From NCBI GenBank assembly GCA_032249235.1, contig JAVVGF010000002.1, forward strand, positions 64,001 through 128,000: DNA of 64,000 bases, in the 5' to 3' direction. Numbering within the stretch: position 1 is the first letter of the stretch; each line of letters opens with the position of its first letter. The translations under genes were made by a program, and so were the position numbers. Below are positions 9,894-19,403 of this stretch, piece by piece. Under the pieces are notes generated by a model. That model made no database searches. It saw nothing but the letters and a program-made list of their open reading frames with translations, and had not been told where the DNA came from. Source of the stretch: Thermoproteota archaeon. GTDB lineage: Archaea > Thermoproteota > Thermoprotei > Gearchaeales > Gearchaeaceae.

Positions 9894-9896
9894 AGT

Positions 9897-10676
9897 TCAC
9901 TTTATTCTTTGAAGTTTTCCTTGTTTAATTAAATCATCAATGACTTGATTCAACTTTGATTGTGGAATACCTAATTCTTCACTACATCTTTTTAGGTCTA
10001 TCCTCCCTTTATTTTCAATTACATATCTCAATAGCTTATCCTCTAAGCTAGTTATTTCTGAGCTATTGTGCTTTGTAGCAACATATCCTGTCCCATATCC
10101 TTCTGCTTCCATCAATCTTAAGCTTGAAAGTTTCTTTTCTTGATTGGCTAAAGGTATCTCGGGTAATTTCTTTGCAATGCTAGATGAAGCGATTTCAGCT
10201 GCCTCCCTTAATATTGCTTCAGCTTCTTCACTCATTGAAACTTCATAAACATTATTATCAGGATAGTAAATTCTAAGATTTTCTATATTATTCACCAATT
10301 CATCCATTTCGCTACCCAACATCGGAGATACTTTGCTAGCTTCATCTTTTATTGAAGTAATCATTCTTGGAATAGGAGAGATTGCTTTAGCGAACTCATC
10401 TAGGCTTAGTATAGTTTCAGCTCGCAATATAAATGACTCTAACGCAAGAATAATATTCTCAATATTATTTTGCAACCTTCTTATTTCTGCGATTTCATTA
10501 GCTAAAATCTTAGCCATTTCGTTCTGAGGAGCCAGCTTTAATTTTTCAAAAAGAATACTTTCTCTGCTTTTTAGTTTTTGTTTTATGAAAAGTAATCTTG
10601 AATGATGAGCTTTAACAAGCGCTAATACATTTGAGAGTTTTTCCTTTAATGATGGCTCTCTTTTGAATATCTTCAT
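9897..10676 (-). CDS. cdvB: ESCRT-III-like CdvB with MIM2 and C-terminal winged helix
   Basis: Snf7 core (LANEIAEIRR), EEAEAILREA, MIM2-like KLPEIP, C-terminal wH (LLRYVIENKGRIDLKRCSEELGI...LIKQGKL). Confidence 0.9.
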   Translation of the reverse strand: MKIFKREPSLKEKLSNVLALVKAHHSRLLFIKQKLKSRESILFEKLKLAPQNEMAKILANEIAEIRRLQNNIENIILALESFILRAETILSLDEFAKAISPIPRMITSIKDEASKVSPMLGSEMDELVNNIENLRIYYPDNNVYEVSMSEEAEAILREAAEIASSSIAKKLPEIPLANQEKKLSSLRLMEAEGYGTGYVATKHNSSEITSLEDKLLRYVIENKGRIDLKRCSEELGIPQSKLNQVIDDLIKQGKLQRIK

Positions 10677-10681
10677 AAAAC

Positions 10682-11311
10682 TTAAGATACTATTTTTACT
10701 TCTATAATGCTACTCTTATCAATATTATTTATTTGATTTAATATGTCATTTAAATAATTTATCTCTTTAGAAATTCTATTCTTCGTAGATAATAAATGCT
10801 CTAATTTGCTTTCATAATTTGATTTATCTATATTGTTCTCTATATATGATAATTTTAGTTCTATGATTGATTCATCTACTTTAGTTTGTAAATTGTTTAA
10901 ATACTCAAATCTAGATAAAATTTCATTTTTTAAAATTTCAAGCTCATTAAGAAGTTCTTTTAGAGATTGTTCGGTCTTGCTTTTTATTTGAGCAAATACT
11001 TCTTTATTAACATTGTCATCGTAAAATTTATTTATTGATTCTATTCTTGTATGTACATATTTTATCTTTTTTTCTATATTCCTATATTTATAATAAATAT
11101 TACCAAAAAGTTTAAAGGTATCTTCGCTGACTTTTTCAATTCTATCGATTGAAACTTCATGAATGTCAATAGCGCTTCGAATTAAAACTGTTTTAACTTC
11201 GCCTATACCATCAGTAGTATAACCAACTAATACACCTAGTGTTTCGTCGAATTCATTTATTATTCGCGAGCCAATATACTTAGAAAACTCGTTAGAATAC
11301 ATGCTATACAT
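10682..11311 (-). CDS. cdvA: Cell division protein CdvA
   Basis: N-terminal PRC-barrel-like segment (YIGSRIINEFDETLGVLVG), long coiled coil, C-terminal beta-peptide IIEVKIVS; lies between ESCRT-III genes. Confidence 0.85.
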   Translation of the reverse strand: MYSMYSNEFSKYIGSRIINEFDETLGVLVGYTTDGIGEVKTVLIRSAIDIHEVSIDRIEKVSEDTFKLFGNIYYKYRNIEKKIKYVHTRIESINKFYDDNVNKEVFAQIKSKTEQSLKELLNELEILKNEILSRFEYLNNLQTKVDESIIELKLSYIENNIDKSNYESKLEHLLSTKNRISKEINYLNDILNQINNIDKSSIIEVKIVS

Positions 11312-11948
11312 TAGTCTTTTCTACTTCGCTCGATGTTGTGGGTATTTCAGCAAAAGTTTTTCTAAGTTCTCTTTCTACCATGATTCTAGCTTCGTTTAAT
11401 ATTCTTTCTGCTTCTTCGCTTCCAGCTTCAAATACGAATTGCGAAGATGGAGGATGACCAACCTCTGTTAACATATTTCCTATTACGTTACCAACTTGAG
11501 ACAATTCTCTTTCAGCTTCAGGTAATACACCGCTAAGCCATGATCTTACGCTACCTATGACTCTTAGAGCAGGTGCAAGCGTTACAGCTACATCTCCTAC
11601 ATCCTTAATCAATTCAAGTCGCATTCGAACTGCTTGTAATGCATATTTGCTATGTAATATCACTTTTTCTAACTTCCTAATACCTGCAAGCTCGTTAGCA
11701 TAAACTTTTACTCTACTCATATCTCTTCTCAAGTAGAAGTTCACTAAGTATTCGAATAGTCTTCTATCCCTTTCATATAACCTATTGTATATTTGATCAA
11801 TTCTACTTGTTTGTATATCTAATATTCTACAAACATAGTCGATTCGCTCTTTAATTGGGGATTGTGGATATATTGCGTCTTTTATTCGTTCGCTAAAAGA
11901 CTTTTGGGCAGCTTTATAATCCCAATCCCTCATAAATGTTTCTGACAT
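11304..11948 (-). CDS. ESCRT-III/Snf7-family CdvB paralogue without winged helix
   Basis: YANELAGIRK, RLELIKDVGDVAVTLAPA, LPEAERELS, EEAERILNEA, C-terminal FAEIP. Confidence 0.9.
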   Translation of the reverse strand: MSETFMRDWDYKAAQKSFSERIKDAIYPQSPIKERIDYVCRILDIQTSRIDQIYNRLYERDRRLFEYLVNFYLRRDMSRVKVYANELAGIRKLEKVILHSKYALQAVRMRLELIKDVGDVAVTLAPALRVIGSVRSWLSGVLPEAERELSQVGNVIGNMLTEVGHPPSSQFVFEAGSEEAERILNEARIMVERELRKTFAEIPTTSSEVEKTNV

Positions 11949-11989
11949 TCCTTTGATAGTTAGTTTGTTAAAATAAAAAAGAAATCTCC

Positions 11990-12040
11990 TTATGGAAAAT
12001 GACAGATAAATTAAAAAATTTTGGAAAAATTTTATGGAAA
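11990..12040. repeat. Direct repeats TTATGGAAA (11990-11998, 12032-12040) plus near copy TTTTGGAAA (12019-12027) upstream of the cdv operon
   Basis: Read directly in the 92-bp asnS-cdv intergenic region. Confidence 0.55.
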
Positions 12041-13324
12041 CTAAGGATAAACTCTAAAAGGTGTCCTTGGAAATGGAACAGTATTCCTTATATGATTTAC
12101 GCCAGTTATCCACTTTACGATTCTTTCAAGTCCTAAACCAAAGCCTGCATGAGGAACACTTCCATATCTTCTTAGATCAATATACCACTTATAATCTTCT
12201 GGATTGAGATTGTATTCCTTCAATCTCTTTAACAAAAGATCCAAATGATGTATTCTTTGACCACCAGTAGTTATTTCACCTTCACCAGGAGCATACAAAT
12301 CTGAGCTTAAAGTTAAATTCTCATCATCAGGATGCGGCATATGATAAAACGCTCTAGTTGATTTAGGAAAGAACATAACGAAGGCGGGCCTATCGATACT
12401 GTTTGCTATCACTTTCTCAGCTTCAGCACCGAAATCATCGCCGAAATTCATCCTAATCCCGTTTTTGTTGACCAATTCTACTGCTTGAGCGTAAGTCATT
12501 CTTATAAAAGGACGTTTAGGCTTTTCAATTGTTCTTCCTAATATTTCTAAATCTTTACTGCTTTCATCGATTACTTTTTCAACAATGTAACTTACCAAAT
12601 CTTCTTCATAATTCATGATATCCTCATGGGTGGCAAATGCTACCTCAGCTTCAATATGCCAAAATTCAGTTAGATGTTTTCTTGTTTTAGATTTTTCAGC
12701 TCTAAACGAAGGTTGAATGGTATATACTTTTTCGAAACCAAATATTGCAGCCTCAAGATAAAGTTGAGAACTTTGAGTTAAATGAACAGTTTTTCCAAAA
12801 TAATTTACATCAAATAAAGTTGCTCCTCCTTCGCATGCGGCAAGAACAAAGCTGGGGCAATGTACCAAATGGAAACCATTCCTTCTAAACCATTCTTCAG
12901 CAGCCTCTACAACTTTTTCTCTAATTCTCAATATTGCTTGAAACTTTTCTCTTCTCAAATATAAATGTCTATGATCTAACAGGAATTTTACACCTACACC
13001 TTTCTTTATTGGATATTCTTCGCTTTTACCGATTATTTCTAGGCTTTCACATAAAATCTCTACCCCTTTAGGAGCTCTAGGATCCTTTTTTACATATCCC
13101 TCAATACTTATTGAGGCTTCTCTCTTTAGTTCATCAACAATTGTATCAAAACTAGGATGCTTTAGTTCATGTTTCTTTATTGTAACTTGAACAATACCTG
13201 TGCCATCTCTTAAATCAATGAAAGCAAGTCCTCCTTGTATTCTAGCATTATATATCCATCCTCTTAATCTAACTTTTTTTCCTTCTTCTAGCGCAAATAC
13301 TTCTTCAACTTTGTTAAAGCTCAT
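12041..13324 (-). CDS. asnS: Asparagine--tRNA ligase (class IIb)
   Basis: OB fold (LRGWI...FIDLRDGTG), LTQSSQLYLE, FRAEKSKTRKHLTEFW, GGQR, PHAGFGLGLER; motif 2 is Asn-type rather than Asp-type. Confidence 0.85.
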   Translation of the reverse strand: MSFNKVEEVFALEEGKKVRLRGWIYNARIQGGLAFIDLRDGTGIVQVTIKKHELKHPSFDTIVDELKREASISIEGYVKKDPRAPKGVEILCESLEIIGKSEEYPIKKGVGVKFLLDHRHLYLRREKFQAILRIREKVVEAAEEWFRRNGFHLVHCPSFVLAACEGGATLFDVNYFGKTVHLTQSSQLYLEAAIFGFEKVYTIQPSFRAEKSKTRKHLTEFWHIEAEVAFATHEDIMNYEEDLVSYIVEKVIDESSKDLEILGRTIEKPKRPFIRMTYAQAVELVNKNGIRMNFGDDFGAEAEKVIANSIDRPAFVMFFPKSTRAFYHMPHPDDENLTLSSDLYAPGEGEITTGGQRIHHLDLLLKRLKEYNLNPEDYKWYIDLRRYGSVPHAGFGLGLERIVKWITGVNHIRNTVPFPRTPFRVYP

Positions 13325-13344
13325 TGTATAAAATTGTTTAAGTA

Positions 13345-14034
13345 TTACATTTCTATAAGTCTTTTTGCAATTTCTATAAATCCTTTGTAATATCCCTCAT
13401 TTGAAACCAGTTTAGCTTTTTCTTTTAGCTTTCCATACGAATTTGAAAGCGCAATAGGAAAATCTACAAATTCAAATATATCAATATCGACCTCGCTATC
13501 TCCAATGGCATAACTTTCACAACTTTTTAAATTTAATTTTTCCAATAACAACTTTGCTGCAGAAGCCTTTGATATATGTCTTTGATTTATTATCAAAGAA
13601 TAACCAGTATCTAATATTTTCACATCCAGTTGAGGATTTGAGAGTATGAAATCTTTTATGTTATTAATTATTCTAGAATCATTTACTTTCATCAATGCTT
13701 GATCTGATAACCTAATCGGATTGCTCCAATGTTCAATAACTTGAGGAAAATTTTGCTTTATAGCGTTCAATGCTTTAATTGCAATTTGTTTATCTGCAAG
13801 AATAGTTAAGTTCTTCCCATTATCTATGACGCCTCCATTTTCTGCAATAATGTAATCAAAAATATCAAAGTATCTATTAAGAATTCTTACTGTATAGTAA
13901 GCATTCGCAGAACATGCTATAACAATGAAATTGCTCCTTCTTAGCTCTCTTATTTTTTCAATTGAAGAAAAAGGCAACAATCCTAATTCATCAGTTATAG
14001 TGCCGTCGATGTCTAGAAACAATACTTTATTCAT
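13345..14034 (-). CDS. HAD IIB (Cof-like) phosphatase, probable phosphoglycolate phosphatase
   Basis: DIDGTIT, IAENGG, SKA, IGDSEVD. Confidence 0.85.
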   Translation of the reverse strand: MNKVLFLDIDGTITDELGLLPFSSIEKIRELRRSNFIVIACSANAYYTVRILNRYFDIFDYIIAENGGVIDNGKNLTILADKQIAIKALNAIKQNFPQVIEHWSNPIRLSDQALMKVNDSRIINNIKDFILSNPQLDVKILDTGYSLIINQRHISKASAAKLLLEKLNLKSCESYAIGDSEVDIDIFEFVDFPIALSNSYGKLKEKAKLVSNEGYYKGFIEIAKRLIEM

Positions 14035-14863
14035 TAGCTAATGCATCATAGCATAACTTGAAAATTTCCTTATTTAAATGCTTCAAAACAGGTCTGTTTT
14101 TCTTAGAGCCAATAAGCTCGTCTAGATAAATTTTAAAGGTTATGAAATCTTCTTCGTAATATTTACAGTTTGCAATTACTTCACCGCGTGAAGTATAAGC
14201 AAAGCTACCTCCCCAAAAGTTCACTCCTTCTTGAACTCCTGTCATATTTACGTATATTACATTAATTGTATTCTCTAAAGCTCTCGCTTTCAAAATAGTT
14301 TCAAAATAAGGTCTGCTAGGATTTGGTGAAGCAGAAATGTTAATAATCGTGTGACAACCTTTTATTGCTAAATACCTATTCAATTCAGGAAAGAAAGCAT
14401 CAAAACAGATTGTTAGCCCAAATCTTCCAAATTCAGTATCTACGAAAACAGGTTTTGATCCGTTTCTGAAATATTTTTGTTCTTCAAACATCCTATAAGT
14501 CGGTAGATAAATTTTTCTATAAACTTCATGATCGCCATTAGGTTTAATCCAAACTGCTGAATTATATATAATTTCAGAATAAGGTGATGCACGCTCAGGC
14601 ATCCCAAAAATTACATGTAAAGAATTTTGAATAGCAGATTCTTTTATTATATTGAAGCTTTTACCTGGTACAGTCTCAGCAAGCTCATATACTAAATCTC
14701 TTATGTAATACCCTGTTAGGGATAATTCAGGAAAAATAACCATATTGCATCCTTCATCCTTAGCCCTCTTGATACCTTTTAGTATCTTATCTAGATTTAG
14801 CTCAACATTACCTAGAACTGGAGAGATTTGAGCTAGGGCTATTTTCATTGAATTCATGTTCAT
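14027..14863 (-). CDS. Carbon-nitrogen hydrolase (nitrilase superfamily)
   Basis: E-K-C triad motifs: FPELSLTGY, YRKIYLP, ICFD; RALEN. Confidence 0.9.
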   Translation of the reverse strand: MNMNSMKIALAQISPVLGNVELNLDKILKGIKRAKDEGCNMVIFPELSLTGYYIRDLVYELAETVPGKSFNIIKESAIQNSLHVIFGMPERASPYSEIIYNSAVWIKPNGDHEVYRKIYLPTYRMFEEQKYFRNGSKPVFVDTEFGRFGLTICFDAFFPELNRYLAIKGCHTIINISASPNPSRPYFETILKARALENTINVIYVNMTGVQEGVNFWGGSFAYTSRGEVIANCKYYEEDFITFKIYLDELIGSKKNRPVLKHLNKEIFKLCYDALANE

Positions 14864-14898
14864 ATTTCATTTATTAATCATCATCTAATAATAACTTA

Positions 14899-15720
14899 AT
14901 GATAAGCTTGCCTAAATTGAATTATGAAGATGTATTAAAACAGATTTCAAATTTCTTATTTAGAGCACTTGAAAATGCGAAAGCTGAAGGTTACGTTGTA
15001 GGTGTTAGTGGAGGAATAGATTCTTCAGTTTCTGCAACATTAGCAGCTAGAAGCTTAGGAAATAAAGTTAAAGCTTTGATTATGCCTGAAGAAGGAATAA
15101 CACCTATAGAAGATATTAAAGATGCGAAAGAGCTTTGTGAATCATTAAATATTGAATATAAAATAATTCCGATAAATCAAATAAAAGAATCATATTTAAA
15201 AAATCTAGGTTTTTCAAGTAACATTAAAGCTATAGGTAATCTCAGTGCAAGAATAAGGATGAGTATTCTTTATTATTTTGCGAATTCATACAATTTATTA
15301 GTTCTAGGCACAGGCGATAAAAGCGAAATATTAATTGGGTACTTCACTAAATATGGAGATGGAGGAGTTGATGTATTACCTATAGGCGATTTGTACAAAA
15401 CACAAGTTAGAGAACTAGGAAGATATCTAGGTTTGAGTGAAAGAATAGTTAACAAAAAGAGCAGTCCAAGGCTTTGGGCAGGTCAGGAAGCTGAAAGTGA
15501 ATTAGGAATCTCATATGAATTATTAGATAAGATACTTTATGGCTTAGTAGAATTAGAATTAGACTCGCAAAGTATTGCAAATAGATTGAATATAGATATA
15601 GAAACAGTTAGGAGAATAAAAGAAATAATTAAGAGTAATGAACATAAAAGAAAAGGCCCAATAATATGCCAGATAAATTTAAAGGCTGTAGGAGTAGGTT
15701 TTAAACTTCCTGCCATTTAA
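14899..15720 (+). CDS. nadE: NAD+ synthetase (synthetase domain only)
   Basis: SGGIDSS, NLSARIRM, GYFTKYGDGG, LYKTQV, EHKR. Confidence 0.96.
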   Translation: MISLPKLNYEDVLKQISNFLFRALENAKAEGYVVGVSGGIDSSVSATLAARSLGNKVKALIMPEEGITPIEDIKDAKELCESLNIEYKIIPINQIKESYLKNLGFSSNIKAIGNLSARIRMSILYYFANSYNLLVLGTGDKSEILIGYFTKYGDGGVDVLPIGDLYKTQVRELGRYLGLSERIVNKKSSPRLWAGQEAESELGISYELLDKILYGLVELELDSQSIANRLNIDIETVRRIKEIIKSNEHKRKGPIICQINLKAVGVGFKLPAI

Positions 15721-15752
15721 AGTTAAATACTAAACAGATGAAATCGATTTAA

Positions 15753-16838
15753 GTGAACAAAGCAATAATAGGTTTTGTTAAAACAGATTTTAAAGATAAA
15801 ATACTCTATAGGATAAAGCTCGATGAATTTAATAAGATAGCTAAAGCTTTAGGATACGAAGTTGTAGATGAGATAATTCAAACAAATTCGAAAATTGATA
15901 GTAGTTATGTTTTTGGTAAAGGTAAAATTGAAGAGTTAAAATTTTTAATAAATGAATATGGAGTAGATAGTTTATTAATTTATAATGTTTTAAATAGCAT
16001 GCAAAAAATAAATTTAGAAGATTATTTAAATGTAAAAGTTTTGGATAGGTATGATTTAATATTAGAGATTTTTGAACTTAATGCAGGAGATTCAATTTCA
16101 AAGTTTCAAATAGAACTAGCAAGAATAGAGAGAATGATTCCTTATGTAAGAAAAAGAGCTTCAATCATGTATTTTAGAGATAGACCTGGACCTAGAAGTT
16201 TGGGTGAGTATGCTTATCATAAAACAATAGCTCAACTAACTTCAAGAAAAAAACGAATAAAAGAAAAATTGGAAAAATATAGACTCTTCAAAAAAATTCA
16301 AAGAGAAAAAAGAAAGGAGCTAAATATACCTATCGTAGCTCTATGCGGTTTTTATGGAGCTGGTAAAACAACGCTTTTCAATGCTTTAACGAATTTAAAT
16401 AAAGAAGTTAAAGGAATACCCTTCACTACATTATCTAGTAAGAATTACATGATTAAAAGAGAGGGAAAAAGTTTAATCATAATGGATACGATTGGATTTG
16501 CATTCGATATAGATCCATTGATAATAAAGAGCTTCGAGGTTACTTTAGAAGATCTAAAAGAGGCGAATTTAAATTTACTAGTATTAGATGCAAGTGATGA
16601 TGAAATTGTTTTTGAAGAAAAAATAAAAACAAATCTAAATATTTTACGAGAATTAGAAATAGAAGATAAAAAAATAATTCCAATATTAAATAAAACAGAT
16701 TTAATAGATAAAGAAGATTTAATGAATAAAATCAAAATAACTAAAAATTATTTTGTCAATGAAAGTATCCATATATCAGCATATTATAAATATAACTTAG
16801 ATATGTTAATTAAAAAAATCTTAAATTTTATATCTTGA
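15753..16838 (+). CDS. hflX: GTPase HflX
   Basis: GKGKIEEL, DR..LILEIF, Q.ELAR; G1 GFYGAGKTT, FTTL, DTIGF, NKTD, ISA. Confidence 0.9.
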   Translation: MNKAIIGFVKTDFKDKILYRIKLDEFNKIAKALGYEVVDEIIQTNSKIDSSYVFGKGKIEELKFLINEYGVDSLLIYNVLNSMQKINLEDYLNVKVLDRYDLILEIFELNAGDSISKFQIELARIERMIPYVRKRASIMYFRDRPGPRSLGEYAYHKTIAQLTSRKKRIKEKLEKYRLFKKIQREKRKELNIPIVALCGFYGAGKTTLFNALTNLNKEVKGIPFTTLSSKNYMIKREGKSLIIMDTIGFAFDIDPLIIKSFEVTLEDLKEANLNLLVLDASDDEIVFEEKIKTNLNILRELEIEDKKIIPILNKTDLIDKEDLMNKIKITKNYFVNESIHISAYYKYNLDMLIKKILNFIS

Positions 16839-17408
16839 TTATTCTATTTTTATTTTCTTTCCTTCTTTAGCCTCTCCTTTCTTCTTAAGAACTACTTCAA
16901 GAACGCCATTAGAATAAGTTGCTTTGGCGCTGTCAGGCTCAACATCTGCACCTAAAAGTACTTCTTTATAATATTTTCTTTTGCCCGTAGTACTAATTTT
17001 AAGCTTATTGCCGTCTACGACTTCAATGTTAATTTCCTCTTTGGAAGCCCCTGGAACTTCAGCAATAACTCTAATTTTATCTTGTTCTTCTATTACATCC
17101 ACAAGTGGTTCTCGCTCTTCCGTGACCTCAATAGGCTTAATCCCTCCACGAGGTCTTACATTTCCAAATTCTCTAATTATCGGTTTTCCATCAGGACCTA
17201 TAGTTATTGAATAACCATATACAAACGGTCCAAACTCTCTGATAGTTTTTGATCCTACTTTCTTTTCACGAACAAGATCTCTTGGAAAGAATTCGAAATC
17301 TCTTTCCATTTCTTTTAAAGCTTCTTCAAACCATTTTTCAATTTCCTTAAACAGATCATCAAAATATCTTCTTCTTCTCCACCAAAAAGGAAATTCTTCA
17401 TCAGACAT
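16839..17408 (-). CDS. hsp20: Archaeal small heat shock protein Hsp20
   Basis: GPFVYGYSITIGPDGKPIIREFGNV, EPLVDV, AEVPG, YSNGVLEV. Confidence 0.95.
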   Translation of the reverse strand: MSDEEFPFWWRRRRYFDDLFKEIEKWFEEALKEMERDFEFFPRDLVREKKVGSKTIREFGPFVYGYSITIGPDGKPIIREFGNVRPRGGIKPIEVTEEREPLVDVIEEQDKIRVIAEVPGASKEEINIEVVDGNKLKISTTGKRKYYKEVLLGADVEPDSAKATYSNGVLEVVLKKKGEAKEGKKIKIE

Positions 17409-17457
17409 AATTTAAAAATAAGATCAACATTTATTTAAAAATTGCTGAATTTTTAAT

Positions 17458-18474
17458 TCATTTTTCAGCCAATAATTTTTCAAAATTCACTGGAGGCTTT
17501 CTATTAATTTTTAATTCGGAAATAGCTTGAGTGATTATAGGAAGAGCTATAGTAGCATCGCAATAACATGTAACCTTTTTTGCTTTTGCTGAAATCTTAC
17601 CCCAGCTAACTGCTTCTTCTAAAGTACATCCTGAAAGTCCTCCCCATTGCGGGCTATCAGTTGTTATTTGAATCGCATATTCATGAGGTTTGCTACGAGC
17701 ATTTATTCCAAATACAGGAGCTAAATAAGTAGATATTTGAACAAAATCTTTAGGCACACCGCCTCCAATATATAATACACCAGTTTTCTTGCTGTATGCT
17801 AAAATTTTTGTCAATTCCTCTAAATCAAGCGTTGCATCAATAGTTATCAATTTACCTTTTTTTCTTTTTAATCTAACAAGAGCTATACCGTAAGCACTAT
17901 CTGCTATTGCAGGTGAATAAATCGGTATTTTTTTTACATAAGAAGCATGCACAATGCTATGAATTCCCTTACCATCTAAATATCGACCAAATTCCCATAA
18001 AAAGGATCTTGATGAATAAATTTTCTTATCATCAATCGTATCAGCAAATTCTTCAATTAACCTCTCCATTCTTCTATAATCTTCTTCACTAGCATAGACA
18101 TCATAGAATCTGTCTATTTTATATTCATAAAGTTCAGCATCGTCAACAAAAGGAGAACCTTTCCAATATGAAGCCCCAATGCATTCATATATGTCTTCTG
18201 AAATATTCGCACCTGTTGAGACTAAAACGTCTATGTAGTTATTTAAAATTAACCATCTGACTATTTTCCACATTCCTGCAGTACTCATAGAACCTGCCAG
18301 ACCCATAATTATAGTCGTATCTTCATCTTGAAGCATTGTTTTATAAACTTCAAAAGCTTCTCCTAATTTCCTTCCTTGATATGCAGTGTCCTTGATTTCG
18401 TTCAAAAGTTCAGATATCTTTCTTTCTTTTATTTCGAGAGTTCTAACTTTTTCGATAAAATAAGGATTTTCCAT
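17458..18474 (-). CDS. dys: Deoxyhypusine synthase
   Basis: STGAN, SPAIADS, GGGVPKD, GGLSGCTLEEAVSWGK (catalytic Lys), CDATIALP. Confidence 0.92.
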   Translation of the reverse strand: MENPYFIEKVRTLEIKERKISELLNEIKDTAYQGRKLGEAFEVYKTMLQDEDTTIIMGLAGSMSTAGMWKIVRWLILNNYIDVLVSTGANISEDIYECIGASYWKGSPFVDDAELYEYKIDRFYDVYASEEDYRRMERLIEEFADTIDDKKIYSSRSFLWEFGRYLDGKGIHSIVHASYVKKIPIYSPAIADSAYGIALVRLKRKKGKLITIDATLDLEELTKILAYSKKTGVLYIGGGVPKDFVQISTYLAPVFGINARSKPHEYAIQITTDSPQWGGLSGCTLEEAVSWGKISAKAKKVTCYCDATIALPIITQAISELKINRKPPVNFEKLLAEK

Positions 18475-18504
18475 TGAGCTAATTTAAAGAGGTTAGATAA
18501 AAAA

Positions 18505-19167
18505 TTAGCTTATCCTTCTAATAGATTTATAAATTATATATGCTACGATCAGACTTATCGTTGCTTGAAGAGCGTTAAAAGGAGCTTCTAATATAGCAAC
18601 GTATTTCAAGATGAAAAATTCATAAAGATAGTATCCTACAACCATTTCGATTCCTCCTAGAATCATTGAATAAATTGCAATTAGCTCATCATTATTCTTC
18701 GCAATATTTCCTGAAATACCAGTAATAAAGAAAGCAATTCCAATTATCGAAAATGCAATCAAAGAATTTCTTTGATCGCTATCCAAACTAAAGTTAAACA
18801 GACCAAATACAGAGAAAGTTAACGCAGCTAATCCAATAATGATAACAAGTATGGAGAATAATTTTATTTTATTCCTAAAATTATAAAAAACTATACCAAC
18901 CAACAAACCTTCTATACCCTTTATGAAAAAAGTTCCAGGTGCAAAATGTGGAGAGCCTAATGCTATATCAGATAAACTTGAACCGATTGAACCTGCAATA
19001 AAGCCTACAAGAGGTCCGTAAAGTAAACCTGCAAGAAAAATTACTGCATCACCTACATTTAAATAGCCGCCAGGTACAGGAGTCTTTATAAAACTTCCAG
19101 TTACATATGTCACTACAAATGTTAATGCAGCAAATATTCCTGAAAGAGTTATCCTTTTTGTTTCCAT
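18505..19167 (-). CDS. ECF transporter substrate-specific (S) component
   Basis: AAL..V, GYLNVGDAVI, GP..G..AG.IG..LSD, APGTFFIKG.EG; multiple TMs. Confidence 0.85.
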   Translation of the reverse strand: METKRITLSGIFAALTFVVTYVTGSFIKTPVPGGYLNVGDAVIFLAGLLYGPLVGFIAGSIGSSLSDIALGSPHFAPGTFFIKGIEGLLVGIVFYNFRNKIKLFSILVIIIGLAALTFSVFGLFNFSLDSDQRNSLIAFSIIGIAFFITGISGNIAKNNDELIAIYSMILGGIEMVVGYYLYEFFILKYVAILEAPFNALQATISLIVAYIIYKSIRRIS

Positions 19168-19403
19168 CGAAATGAAATTTTTTGAGTTTAAAATATAAAG
19201 GTTTTCCTATATATTGGTAGATATCAATTTTACCACGCCTTAAGTTATTTTCAACCCTTGAGTAATGAGCTCATGCTAGACTTTAGAAAGGAATTTAATT
19301 AATAAATAACTCGATTATATAATTATTTGAAATTCCTTATCAATAAGAGAATTAGAATGTCTAAAAACAAAGTCACAAAGATTTAAATTAATAATCTAAG
19401 AAG

